Origin: Lama glama
Lineage: Eukaryota
NCBI GenBank assembly: GCA_028534125.1
Contig: CM052816.1
Span: 5,148,001 to 5,212,000, forward strand
Direction of reading: 5' to 3'
DNA: 64,000 nucleotides
Shown here: positions 1 to 11,924 of the stretch, in pieces
Position numbering within the stretch: the first letter of the stretch is position 1
Layout: each line of letters begins with the position of its first letter
Program-made: the position numbers and the translations under genes
The notes under the pieces: model-generated
Databases searched by the model: none
The model's input: only the letters and a program-made list of their open reading frames with translations
Told to the model about the DNA's origin: nothing

Positions 1-197
1 GGGTCACAGGTCATGGGTTATTGTGAGCATTAAGAAGATACTGCATGGAACCATGCAACGTGCCAGCCCACAGTGGGTACCTGGGTCAATGGGAGAGGAG
101 AAACAGGATGTTCGGGCAGCTGAGAGAGCCTGGCTTAAGTGTTGAGAACACTCCAGTCAGCCCAGACTGGCATCTTCCCCCATCTTGGCTGTCAAGG

Positions 198-840
198 TGA
201 GACAGGAAGGAAGGGGACAGGGCACAGCTATTCAAGGAGTGACAGCAATTAACACCAAAATGGTGGAAGATTCAACTCCCAGTAGACTTTGAGGCTCAAG
301 ATGGCAGGAGACTTGAGCTTCATTATACGCTTATTGTAATACATCAGCATGGTAAATGACACTCCCACAGGCACCATGACAGCTTCCAGGTTGACCATAA
401 AAGGTCAAAGAGTGGGTGGGGGCTCAGTTCCTGGGAATCCCAGCCCCTTCCCCAGGGTAGTTGGAATGGTCCTCCCACTTGTTGGCATGTGAAGCTACCG
501 AGCCCATAAAAACTGGCAACACTGAGCCTCATGGCTGCCTCTGGCTCCCTGTCTTCAGAGACAGCTCACATTCTTGTCTATGGAGCGTGTGCCTGCTTTT
601 ACTTTAACCTGAGCATCCAACCCCCACACCTTGAGGCCTTTCTCTTGCCTTCTGAAACAGCCAACACTCTATTAGTTTGTATCTCTTTAAATAAATCTAT
701 CTTCATTCAACTGTGGCTCGCTGTTGAATTCTTTCCTGCGCAAAGCCAAGGACCCACACTTGGCGGGGCACGTCCCAGGGGCACAACTGAGACCTGGGAC
801 ATGCCCCTTCTCCCGCCCCAAGTTCGTTTTTCCTGCATCA
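198..840 (+). mobile_element. ERV1-class solo LTR, MER41-like
   Basis: TG (198) ... CA (840) termini flanked by 4-bp TSD AAGG (194-197, 841-844); TATA-like CATAAAAA 505-512; AATAAA 690-695; segment ACACTCCCACAGGCACCATGACAG resembles MER41. Confidence 0.85.
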
Positions 841-994
841 AAGGAACCATGTCGGGTGGAGCAGGCTTAACCAGCACGATGACTGGCAAGAAAAGTGTTT
901 CTGCTTGTGCTTGGAGCCAATTCAGTCCACCTCAGATCCACACCGTATGGTTGGCACGTAATAGGTACCTGAGGTGGAACGAACAAAACATTAA

Positions 995-1090
995 GCTCTG
1001 CTGTTGAGTAGCTGTGTGTTCCTGGGCAAGTCTCTTAGCTTCTCGGAGCCTCAGGTTCCCCATTCATTAAAATGGGGATTACAACCCTAG
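995..1090 (+). mobile_element. MIR SINE fragment
   Basis: Core gctgtgtg..ctgggcaagt..gagcctcagg..aaaatgggga. Confidence 0.8.
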
Positions 1091-1434
1091 CCCCAAACTC
1101 TCAACAGTGAATATCTCAGAGAGGAGGGTGAGAGGCACACGGGAAGAATTTCACTTTCTAAATCTTACCCTTCAGAATCAAGTGGAAAACTGTGATCTGC
1201 AAAGATCATTCTGCTGTGGGAAAAAAAAATCACTCAACTGTATTTCCTGCCTACTTTAAGCATGTGCGAATGGGATAATGGGTGAGAAAGTCCTTTCTGA
1301 CATGAAAATTTTGGAACAAATGACAGAAAATATCAGCATTATCACTGGCAGAGCACTTTCTTGCCTTTGCAAAGAGGTTTTTGAGATTTCCAGGATCGGA
1401 CCTCACCCTTCCTCCTAGCTGCTTATTACATCTT

Positions 1435-1810
1435 TCAACTCATTCAACAAATGTGTATTGAGGGCCTACTGTGTGCCAGGCCCTTGTACTAGGTACTGGT
1501 GAGAGAGGAGTGAGCAAAGTAGAGAAAGCATCCTGTCCCATGGACTCACACGTGCCCGGGGAGAACAAGCAAGCAAGCGACTACCATGCGAGGCGGTGGT
1601 AAGTACTGTTATAAATATATGAGGGCACAGAGTCAAAGAGGATTCTAATTTAGATTGGGCAGGCAGGGAAGGCTTCCCTGAGGAGGTGACATTTGACCAG
1701 AGCCTTAAGTGAAATGAGAGAGCTAAAACAAAGGAATATCTTGGAGAATAATCCAGGCAGAGAGAACCCCAAGGGCAAAGCTCTGGAGGTGGGAACTCAC
1801 TAGGCAGACA
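1435..1810 (-). mobile_element. L2 LINE 3' fragment
   Basis: cattcaacaaatgtgtattgagggcctactgtgtgccagg and ggaaggcttccctgaggaggtgacatttga are typical reverse-strand L2 3' sequence. Confidence 0.85.
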
Positions 1811-1844
1811 CCATTCATGCACCTGACCTTCAGCTGCACTCTCA

Positions 1845-2160
1845 TCCATCCACCCATCCATCCATCTACCAATTCACCTGTCCATTCATTCTGTTTACCT
1901 GCCTATCCATTCATCTGTATATCCATTCATCCACCTAACCACCCACCTATTCACTTGTCCATTCATTCTATTTGCCTATGCATGCATCTAGCTATCCATC
2001 CATCCATCCATCCATCCATTCACCTTTTGCATCCATCCTTCCATGTATTATCCATCCATCTATTCATCTACCTATCCATCCACTCATTCACCTCTGCCAT
2101 CTGTTCATTCATGTATCTGTTATCTATCCATCTATCCACCCATCCACCCATCCATCCATA
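1845..2160. repeat. Degenerate (TCCA)n microsatellite
   Basis: Repeated ccat/tcca/ttca units; source of the HPSI-rich ORFs. Confidence 0.95.
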
Positions 2161-2574
2161 CAACATGTACCGGACATGTTATCATTCAGTCATGGGGTGG
2201 CACGGAGAAGACTTTGTGAAGAATTAAACACCACCTCTCTTGATGTGGAGAGAAAGCGGCAAACTGCTAGTGTAGTTGAGAGTGAGTCCTTCATCACTCA
2301 CCATGCACTTTGGCTACAGAGGCTCTCTCAGCATTTCCCCACTTTCATAGTTTTAGGAAATCTCGCTTGGGTTTCACACGTCAAGTCTCAGCCACCTTCT
2401 CCATGAGAAGGTTTCTGGCCCTGCCTCTCAAAATTCACTATCCTTTCTACGCTGGATCTTCATTCTGTACTATAATGATCCATCCTCTTTGGAGTTCCTT
2501 GTGTAAATTTGAGTCTCTACCACTGGCTCATGAACTCCTTAAGATCAGGATGAAAAATCCATCAGGCAATAGGT

Positions 2575-2840
2575 TACCATTTATTGAATATGTAACCACA
2601 TGTTTGTCATTGTGCAAAGCATATTTTTAATATTTTATCTTATTTATGACTCAAAACACACAGAAGGGGTCCTGCCCTCGTAGGAGGGACTTGCTATATT
2701 ACCCTCATTTTATAATGAGGAAACACTGAGGCAGAGAGAATTAAAGTGACTTGTCCGTGCCACAAGCTAGTAAGTGGCCAAGCTGGGACCTAAATCCCAG
2801 CCTTTCCAACTGCAAAGCCCGCCTCTTAAACACTGCACGG
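2575..2840 (-). mobile_element. MIR SINE
   Basis: cattttataatgaggaaacactgaggcagagag..gtgacttg..gctagtaagtggc. Confidence 0.8.
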
Positions 2841-2909
2841 CTTACTGCCTTGGTCAGACCCTGCCGCCCACCCCTGCCTGTGCACGGAGTGAACAGAAGG
2901 AGGAACGGA

Positions 2910-3155
2910 GTTCCTGGCTCTAACAGCAGACTGCCTGGTTTGAATCGCACCTTCACTGCTGAGATTCACATTTTGTGATCTTGGCCCTGGTTGAGTCAAT
3001 TCGCCTCTCTATGTTTCAGTGGCTTCATCTGTAAAACTGAGGTAATCACAGTACCCATCTCACAGGTCTATTGCAGCTTAAAATGAGGATTCACATTAAA
3101 AGGTAGGTGAGTGCCTGGCACCTGGGAAGCAACCCACCAAAGTTAGCAATGCATC
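2910..3155 (+). mobile_element. MIR SINE
   Basis: agactgcctggtttgaatc..ttcatctgtaaaa..gtgcctggcac. Confidence 0.8.
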
Positions 3156-3173
3156 TTATCTAATAAAGATTGC

Positions 3174-3355
3174 CATAAACAACAAGTTCATACTGTATAG
3201 CACAGGGAACTATATTCAATATCTTATAGTAACATGGTGAAAAAAATATGAAAACAAATATATGTATGTTCATGTGTGACTGAAGCATTATGCTGCACAC
3301 CAGAAATTGACACAGCATTGTAAACTGATTATATTTCAATAAAAAATATATATAC
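3174..3355 (+). mobile_element. 5'-truncated L1 3'-end stub (artiodactyl/camelid type)
   Basis: tgtatagcacagggaactatattcaatatc...aataaaaa; TSD AAGATTGC at 3166-3173 and 3356-3363. Confidence 0.9.
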
Positions 3356-3548
3356 AAGATTGCAATCTTAGTTCCTTCACAGTTTGACCTCTTTGTTTTT
3401 TCCCAATTTGCCTATGGTGTTTCATCATCCTTACTTGGCACACTTTGATAGAGGTAGTTCCTACAGGCGCCAGAAGCTTTGCCTTTGGAACTTTTAAACT
3501 AGGCTGGGAGCCTGCAGGAAGAGGCACAGATTAAAACAGGAGCATAGA

Positions 3549-3930
3549 GTGACTCACCCGGGCGGGGTGGAGGAGCAGGAGCCCCCTGCCATCAGCCCTG
3601 GCTGGGAGGGGAGCGGGCTGAGCGGGCTCAGGCTGCACCGACCTGCCCCTCCCCGGGGACCCGCGCCCGTCGGACCTTCAGGCCTTCCAGGGCCTCCCCG
3701 TAAATCACCCTGGATGATTTATAGGGAGACGCCCAGTCCACTAATCCAGTAAACAGGATAAGCAGGGTCCAGCCGGATTTATGGGCTGCCAGAAGGGCCT
3801 TTGCCGGAGGAGATGTGCGCACGGTGACCCCTCTCCTAACCGCTGGCCTGCGGTGCCCTGAGGGCAGGGGTCACGCCGCCTGGGTCCCAGGCTCACTCTG
3901 CTCCTTCAGCTGCTGTTAGCGATGCTGGGC
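3549..3930. promoter_or_regulatory. CpG-rich candidate enhancer
   Basis: TGACTCA and GGGCGG near 3550-3566; inverted TAAATCA/TGATTTA 3701-3721; TAATCC, GTAAACA, GATAAG, TTTATGG within 3742-3784. Confidence 0.45.
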
Positions 3931-4074
3931 CGGTGCTGTTCCCTCTCTGGGCTCCAGGTCCCCCAGGCCCAGGTGTTCAATGGGCAGTTGGTAAGCAGTC
4001 AACATGTGGGGAAGCTAAAGAAATTGTAAGTGAGGTCCTGGTGTCCCACGGTGGGGACAGGCTTTGGAGCACAG

Positions 4075-4300
4075 GGATGCAGCCTGCAGGGGCCAGAGCC
4101 AGGCTGGCCTGCGTTCAGATTCCTACTCCCTAACTGAGCCTTCTCTGAGCCTTAGTTCCCTCACGTGTAAAATGGCAATAATACTAACACATTTTTCACA
4201 GAGTTGATATTATAATAATAGGATGAGAGAATGCATGTAGTGCTCACACAGCAACTGGTAACAGGTCCACAAGTATTAACTAAATACAATTATTATCTCA
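4075..4300 (+). mobile_element. MIR SINE
   Basis: tctctgagccttagttccctcacgtgtaaaatggcaataata core and degenerate 3' tail. Confidence 0.75.
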
Positions 4301-4708
4301 TGGATAATTGCATTGAGAGTATATTACAGAGATGCTCACACAGAGAGTACCAGCCTGAGGGCGCGTGTTACAACTCTGTTGTGTTAGATGGAACTGTATG
4401 TCCCTCAAAGGGCAGAGGACGGGGAACCATGAGGGCTCAGCAGAAGCTGATATGACAGACGCACCCAAGATTCACATGGCGACATGGCTGGGTCTTGAAA
4501 GGAGAGTGAAAAAAAGACACAGCACCCATACAGATTCAGTGCCACTCCTATGAAGATCTCAACAGTATTTTTTTTTTTTTGCAGAAAGAGAAAAGCCCAC
4601 CTTGAAGTTCATATGAAATTTCAAAGGATCCCAAACAGCCAAAAACAATCTTGAGGAAGAAGAACAAAGTTGGAGGTCTCTCACTTCCTGATTTCAAAAC
4701 ATACAACA

Positions 4709-4867
4709 GCGAGAGGGTGTAGCTCACGTGGTGGAGCACATGCTTAGTGTGCAGGAGGTCCTGGGTTTGATCCCCACTACCCCCTTCAAAAATAAATGAA
4801 CCTAATCACCTCCCCCTAAATAAAATAACTAAATACTACAATATAAATTAATTATTTTTAAAAAAAA
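4709..4867 (+). mobile_element. tRNA-Ala-derived SINE (vic-1-like)
   Basis: gggtgtagctcacgtggtggagcacatgcttagtgtgcaggaggtcctgggtttgatcccc head, acctaatcacctccccc body, A-rich tail. Confidence 0.9.
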
Positions 4868-5211
4868 TATACTATGAAGCCACGGTAATCAAGAACAGTT
4901 GTGGTAATGGCAGAAAGATAGTCATAGAAACCCATGGAAAAGAAAAGAGGTCCCAGAAACAAACGCTCACATATATGGGATTAACTGATTTTCCAAGGGT
5001 GTCAAGACCATTCAATGGGAAAAGGACAGTCTTTTCAACACATGGTGCTGGGAGACTGGAGCGCCACATGCCACAGAATGAAGTTGCACCCTTACCTCAC
5101 ACCACATACAAAAATCAACTCCAAATGGATCAAAGACCTAATCTTAAGAGCTAAAACTACAAAACTCCTGGGAGAATATACAGGGGGAAATTTTCGTGGC
5201 AATTCTTTCTT

Positions 5212-5350
5212 CTTCTTTTTTTTTTTTTTTGGAGGCGGGGGAGAGGCAGGTAATTAGGTTTATTTATTTATTTAATGGCAGTACTGAGGATTCAACCCAG
5301 GACCTCGTGTAGGCTAAGCATGCACTCTGCCACTGAGCTATACCTCCCCC
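5212..5350 (-). mobile_element. tRNA-Ala-derived SINE (vic-1-like)
   Basis: Reverse-complement head and body; TSD CGTGGCAATT(C/A)TTTCTT at 5195-5211 and 5351-5367. Confidence 0.93.
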
Positions 5351-5744
5351 CGTGGCAATTATTTCTTAAATACAACACTAAAAGCACAGATTATGCACAC
5401 ACACAAAAAAGGTAAGTTGGAATTTATCAAAATTAAAAACTTTCATACATCAAAGTACACTATCAAGAGAGTGAAAAGAAAACCCACCAGGTGGAAGAAA
5501 TATTTGCACATCCTATATCTGATAAGGGATTAATATCTGGAATATGTAAAGGATTTCTACACAACAACAACAAAAAATCAAATAGCCCAATTAAGAAATA
5601 GGCAAAGGACTTGAAAGACGTTTCTCCAAAGATGATGTACAAATGGCTAATAAGCATATGGAAACATGCTCAACATCATTAGTCATCAGGGAAATGCAAA
5701 TCAAAATCACAATGAGATATGACACCCACTAGAATGGCTGTTTT

Positions 5745-5880
5745 TTATTATTTTATTCTTTTTTGGAGGGAGGCGGTAATTCGGTTTATTTATTCTTTTA
5801 ATGGAGGTATTGGGGATTGAACCCAGGACCTCATACATGCTAAGCATGCACTCTGCCACTGAGCTATACCCTCCCTGCCT
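5745..5880 (-). mobile_element. tRNA-Ala-derived SINE (vic-1-like)
   Basis: ggggattgaacccaggacctc..gagctataccctccc; TSD ctagaatggctgttt / ctaggatggctattt. Confidence 0.92.
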
Positions 5881-6216
5881 CTAGGATGGCTATTTTTTTA
5901 AAAACCAAAGCCAAAACAAATGAAACCAGGAAAACAGCAAGTGTTGACAAAGATGTGGAGAAATGAGAACCCTCCTGCATTGCTGGTGGGAGAGTAAAAT
6001 GGTGCAGCTACTGTGGAAAATTGTTTCCTCAAAAAGTTCAACATAGAATTACAATACAACCAGCAATTCTACTCCTACATACACGCCCAAAACAATTGAA
6101 AAGAGGAACAAACAGATACTCGTATACCAATGCTCATAGCAGCATTATTCACAACAGCCAAAACATGGAAGCAAAGCAAGTATCCATTAGCAGATGAATG
6201 GATAAACAAAAGGTGG

Positions 6217-6218
<2 letters not shown>

Positions 6219-6254
<36 letters not shown>
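6219..6254. repeat. (CA)n microsatellite
   Basis: Perfect CA run inside the L1. Confidence 0.95.
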
Positions 6255-6256
<2 letters not shown>

Positions 6257-6718
6257 GGAATATTATTCAGTCATGAAAAGAAATGAAGTTCTGATACATG
6301 CTAAACTATGGGTGAGCCTTGAAAACATGCTCGGTGAAAAAAACTGGACACAAAAGGACACCTATTGCATGATTCCACTTATATGAGCTGTCTAGAATAG
6401 GGAAATTCATAGAGACAGAAAATAGGATAGTGGTTATCAGGGGTGGGGGTAGGGGAGAATGTGGGATTTTGCTCAGGAAGGCAGTTTCCTTGGGGTGATA
6501 GGAAAGTTTTGAAGATGGATAGTAGTGATGGATACACAACATCATGAATGCACATAATGTCACTGAATCTTACGCTTAAAAATGGATGAAATATTAAACT
6601 TTATGTTATCTCTCTTTTGCCACAATAAACACACACAGGCACAAAACAACCATTTATACGCATGTTTCATTTTTTAAAAAGAGTACAATAAACCAATAGA
6701 ACACTTGCCTTTGTATGC

Positions 6719-6721
<3 letters not shown>

Positions 6722-6749
<28 letters not shown>
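6722..6749. repeat. (TG)n microsatellite
   Basis: Perfect GT run. Confidence 0.95.
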
Positions 6750-6752
<3 letters not shown>

Positions 6753-7505
6753 GGATAGGAATGGGCTACGCAGATAAAAAGGAATACAGAGAACAAATAT
6801 GTAAATGGTGGTAATACGTCATGAACGCAGGAGGGTAGTTAAGTTGATGTTTCGAATTTGAGGTCTAAAAAACAAACATGGCAACTCATCCTGGAGACAG
6901 AACAATGGAGAATAAAGGCCAAAATACCAGCCCCCCAAGTGGGCATACAGGTATTCTTCTTAGTTTATGTTTGAAATTTTCATAATAAAAGTTAAAATAG
7001 TAAACCTTCAGGGCTGCCAGAAGCCAGGGGACCTGGGGTCAGAGGCTGACCCACATCTACTCACTTATTCACTCAGGATATTTAGAAAGAGTATAGGAGA
7101 CTTTGATCCAGAGTTTTCTTGTCAGGAAAATGGGTCTAGTAACACTGCATGCCAAGCGCAGGGTGCCAAGTTTACATTTTGTTTTTACACATGGATGCTC
7201 TGCGCCCTCCAGAGGCTGTGGCCAGGAAGCCACCGAGGAAAAGTCCATGGTGAACTGCCCCAGGCCGAGAAGAGGTTTAGATGTTTGAAAGGGCAGAGGG
7301 CCCCGTGGGCTACACCTTTCCTGGTGGGCTTCATGGAGGTGGTGGTGGTAGGGCACACTTTGGCCTTGAGGGCACAAAGTGGGCAGGTGGAGAGGAGGAG
7401 AAGGACAAACAGGAGCTAAACACTTGGCAGCTGGAATAAAAATCACAGATGAGGGCAAAGAAAGAGCAGGACCAGGAAGAAGGAAGGAAGAGGAGAAGGG
7501 AGGCA

Positions 7506-7803
7506 GTATGTGTGTGTTTGTGGGTGAGTGTATGCATGTGTGTATGTGTATATATGTGTATGTACGTGTGTATGTGTATGTGTGTGCCTATGTGTGTATA
7601 CGCTCATGTGTATATGTGTGTGCACGTGTACTATGCATGTGTATGTGCATACATGTGCATATGTATGTGTGTATATGTGTGCGTGCGTGTGTACTGTGTG
7701 TGCGTTTGTATGTATATATGCATATACATGTGCATGTGTATAAGTGTGTACATGTGTACTATGTGTTTGTGTGTGTGTGTGTATGTGTGTAGGCACGTGC
7801 ACA
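7506..7803. repeat. Compound (TG/TA/CA) alternating purine-pyrimidine tract
   Basis: About 300 bp of nearly uninterrupted RY alternation; source of the CV/HT-rich ORFs. Confidence 0.95.
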
Positions 7804-9223
7804 GGTACTCTGGCCACACTCAGAGGATCACGTAATTCAATGACACAGTCTCCACTTCTGAAAATGGATTCCAGGCCACTCCAAGCATATCCAGAAATCA
7901 CCCCGTGCTTCTCTGAGATGAAGCAGAACAGCAACAGGAGGCTAAATAAAGATGAGAGGGGAATCATTTTTCCTCTTTCCAGCACTGGCAACAGCTCACA
8001 ACTCTGCGGACGGACGGCAGGGTCTCACTCTCTATGAAACCCAGTGCCTGCCTCCCCCTGTCGACTCAGAGCTGAGACCAAACCCGCGGTCCCCAGAGTC
8101 ACACGGGGATCGTCTGCCACAGTTTCTGGTCCCCAGGGTGGGACAGAGCTTCAGCGCATTTCTCCTTGAGTCTTTTGACCAGATTTGTGGAGAGCTTTTC
8201 TTTTCTATTTTTTTTTTAAACCTGGAAACAAAATGTAGCTGAGGGGGAGAAAAGGTGTTGCTTAATTTCAAATTCAGTTCTGTTTTTCTAAGATTTGGTT
8301 CCCTAAAAAGTAAGATAAAACAAATATCTGTTTACCACATCTAGGCTTTCTAATTAGCTCCCCTGTGCCCTCCGCTTAAATTCAAACCACTTGTCTCCAC
8401 ATAAAATCCCCCCCGTTTCCTCCATTAACGCCCTTCTGAAGGGAGGGCCAGCCCACAGCTGGCAACCCCTGGCTTGTGGACTGCAATTCAAAGAAGGTGT
8501 GGTGGGGCTCGTGCAGAGGGAGTGTGGGAACCTGGCCACTTGGGAAGTCTACTTTTTGGGGTTGCAGAAGTCACCCACAGTGAGAAAGCCTCTGGGGAAC
8601 ACAGATGGAGACTCAAAGGGCCTCAGGCCCAGATCTGAGGGGTCACAGCAACTTCGGAGCAGTCCTGGAACAAGACGTCCGGTGCTCAGAGGGAAAAAAA
8701 TCCATTTCCACATTCTTCTGCCCCTGACACCCACTGGATGTTTATACATCCCTGGGAGAGGTTATCTGCTTTTGACTTGAGGCAGGCCCCAAACCAGGCC
8801 CCTGATGGGTGGACCCTGGGGGATGTTGTGAAAGATGGCTGGGAGTGTGTGTGTGTGTGGTGGAGGGTGGGGGTTCAGAAGAGAGGCTCTTGGACCCCAG
8901 GGACCCACAGAATCAGCTTTGTTGCTGGCCCTTCTCCGTCTACCCCTGCCAACGAATGAGGGGGTCTTCTCTTGGAGATGTCAAGGTTAGAGGGGCCCAC
9001 CTCTGCCTTTGACTGGTTGTGTGACCTTGAACAAGCCATCTCCTTGTCCTAGGCCTGTTTCCCCAACTCTAAAAAGAGCCTGGTGGGTGATAGAGTTGAA
9101 CCCGTGGTCCTCAGCATTTTGGAGACACTGGCCTTTTGACAGTCGGATGTCAGAGTGTCTCTCTAGGAAGGGCATTTCACAGGTGCAGATTCCAAATTTT
9201 ACTTACACACTCAGGGATCCTTA

Positions 9224-9370
9224 GGGGAGGGTATAGCTTAAAGCGGTAGAACACATGCTTAGCTTGCACGAGGTCCTGGGTTCAATCCCCAGTCCCTCCT
9301 TTAAAAATAAAGAAATCAATAAACCTAATTAACTCCCTCTCCCCTCAAAAAAACTAAATAAAGAAATCAC
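9224..9370 (+). mobile_element. tRNA-Ala-derived SINE (vic-1-like)
   Basis: ggggagggtatagct..gcacgaggtcctgggttcaatcccc; imperfect TSD cacactcagggatcctta / cacatttaggggtcctta. Confidence 0.92.
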
Positions 9371-10554
9371 TTCACATTTAGGGGTCCTTACACCCCTGGA
9401 AGTCCCTCTGAGGACTGACTGAGGAGCCCCTGGCACTGGTCTCCAAGACCCCACACACAGCCTGGACATTGCTGGTGTCCAAGAAATGTCTGGGGAATAA
9501 GTACATGACCCGTTCCAACTCTCACTTCCTATGAGTCTATAATTCTAGGTGCCCAGGCTTGATGCTGCTCAGGCACATCCTGCAGGCAGAGACAAAGGTA
9601 CGCAGGAAAGACTCTTGTCTGAATGTTAGAGAGACACACACGTGTCTTCTGACTGCCATCCCTTTGCCACACGTATTTTATCAAGCTCCCACCTTGTGTT
9701 AGGCATTGGGAATAAGGTGATGAGCAGAACTGACCTCCATCTCTGCCTGCATGGAGCTCACAGTCTAGCAGTTCTGGGCAGAGATCCGGGCCAGACCCGG
9801 GCGCCCAGTGAGGCACAGACAGAATCCTGCTGTCCAGGCCGCATTCCGACTTTCGTGGGCCTCGGGCACTTCAGCCTTCCTGAGTCCCTTCCTCCAACAA
9901 AAACTATTTGAAAGTACCACTGTGTTGGCATAAAGATGAAGTTAGTCCAGGCTGAATTCATTGTTATCTAGTCGTGATCCTTATTTTCATGTTTTTCTTC
10001 TCATTTAAAAAGATATTAATATGAAAACATTTTTGTGGACCTTTAACTGTATCGCAAGCTCTCAGGACCATGCCAAGTGAATAAATCAGCCCTGTCTGCA
10101 GTTCAGCTCTGCCCACCAGATAATGCAAAACCTAAGGCTGCCAAGCATGGGTTTCAAAAAGAGAAGATGTGAGATGTCAGAGGAGGAGGAGGAGGTCAGG
10201 GAAGTCTTCTGGAGGGAGACGGCTTGTGAGCAGAGCCCTGGAGGGTGAGCAGGACTGAACTGTTGGAACAGAAGAGGCATCTGGACCAGGGACAGATCAG
10301 AGAGAGCCGAGGCCTGGCGGGAGGATCGTGGAGGACACACGCAGGTGCAGAGTTGGCCAGAGTTCCAGGGCCCCTCAAAGCTGGACCTGGGGGTCACTCA
10401 GGGTTTTGCCAACAGCCTCCCACCCCAGCCCCAGACATGCACCCCGTGTCTCCCACTCTCACTTGTGGAATCTCAGAATGTGGAGGTGGTTGAGCCCTTA
10501 GATAACTCCCACCATAACCCCCATTTACTGAGTAGGACCAGGCACACGGAGAAC

Positions 10555-10715
10555 TTCATCGTTATCCCATTTTATAGATGAGGAAATCAAGGTTTGGGGG
10601 TTAAGTAACTTGCCTGCAGCCAAACAGCTAGGAAGAGCAGAACCAGATTCACACAGGTCTGTCTGGCCCCAGAGCTCTGAGCTCCTGAGCTCATAGCTCC
10701 TCCCCTGAGCTATGC
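10555..10715 (-). mobile_element. MIR SINE
   Basis: cccattttatagatgaggaaatcaagg..ttaagtaacttgcc. Confidence 0.8.
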
Positions 10716-11744
10716 TGTCTCTCTGAGAGGCTGAGGGACCCCCAGCCTGTCATCCCACAGATGGGTCATTGAGGCCCAGAGAGGAGATATGATTGGTCCA
10801 ACACCAAAAAAATCTTTCAACGGAGCTGGGGATAGAATCCAGGGATCCTGGCTCCAGCCCAGGGGCCCTGCCCAGCAGTCAGGAAGATCAGAACCCTCTG
10901 AACACTGACACTGGCATCATCAACCTTCTTCATCCTCTCAGCTTCAGAAAGCACAAAGCCTGTTTCCACAACAGCCATGCCCCTTCCTGGCCAGTCCTTC
11001 CTACCCCACCTGTCCAGGCAGGTTCCTGAAGGCCCAGTTTCTGTAAGAGTCAGACTGAGATCCACCTTTCTCAAAAGTTTGTTCTCAGAAAGGGGACCAT
11101 TTTCTCTTGATGTTCCTCCACTCCCCACCCCGGGACAGAATAGGCTCCTCTGTGTCCCAAACCCATCCCTTCAGTGCAAGGAGCAGCTGCCTCCCAGGCT
11201 GGCTGTGTAGATGTTATCATGGGTGTGAGCTGACTCACCTTCGTGACATCTCAGCCCCCTGGGCAGGAACGCAGTTCTGGGCGCCACGGTCTTCCAAGGG
11301 TATAGACACATCAGAGCAGTCCCGGGGTGGGGCAGCAGGAAGACCAGGGGCCTCCATGCCATAGCCCCTAGGAGGAAGGGCAATGGCAGGACCTGGGCTG
11401 TGGAGTCCAAGGGTGTAAGGCTGTCATCCAGTCCTGGGAGAGCATCCTGCAGAAGAAGAGTGATCAAAGTTGGGGGTCCTCAGAGAATTTGGCCTCTTAG
11501 TGGAAGTGATGAGGTGGAGGTCCATTCAATTCAAGATCTTACTGCAGTCAATGCTGATTAAGGAGGAAATGGTTGTCTAGGGCAGTATCGAGCCCCCGTG
11601 TACTGTGATGTGGAAGGAGACACTGTAGGGTTGTTGGAAGAAGGTTCACGTACCAGAAGGGTGATGCAGGAGTCCATGGCTGTACAGACTGGAGAGGTTT
11701 AGGAAGCCTATGCCTCTTCTCATCTCATTTTCTTTTCTTTTTAA

Positions 11745-11774
11745 AATTTTTTTTTGGGGGGGGAGGTAATTTTG

Positions 11775-11805
<31 letters not shown>

Positions 11806-11895
11806 TTACTTTTTTAATGGTGGTCCTGGAGACTGAACCCAGGACCTCGTGCACGCTAGACACGCACTCCACCACTGAGTTATGCCACTTCCCCC
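11745..11895 (-). mobile_element. tRNA-Ala-derived SINE (vic-1-like)
   Basis: tgaacccaggacctcgtgcacgctag..accactgagttat; (TTTA)n expansion in the body. Confidence 0.9.
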
Positions 11896-11924
11896 ACCCC
11901 CCGTCCCGTTTTCTAGGGAAGCAG

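Larger units (their letters stand above)
4525..6629 (+). mobile_element. L1 (L1MB-like) ORF2 end plus 3' UTR, interrupted by three SINEs
   Basis: ORF2-like peptide LHPYLTPHTKINSKWIKDL; 3' end tttatgttat..ttttgccacaataaa; many stops and frameshifts. Confidence 0.9.

Noticed and set aside
1817..2406. HPSI-rich ORFs
   Set aside because: Translations of the (TCCA)n microsatellite
7379..7991. Cys/Val- and His/Thr-rich ORFs
   Set aside because: Translations of the (TG)n-type tract
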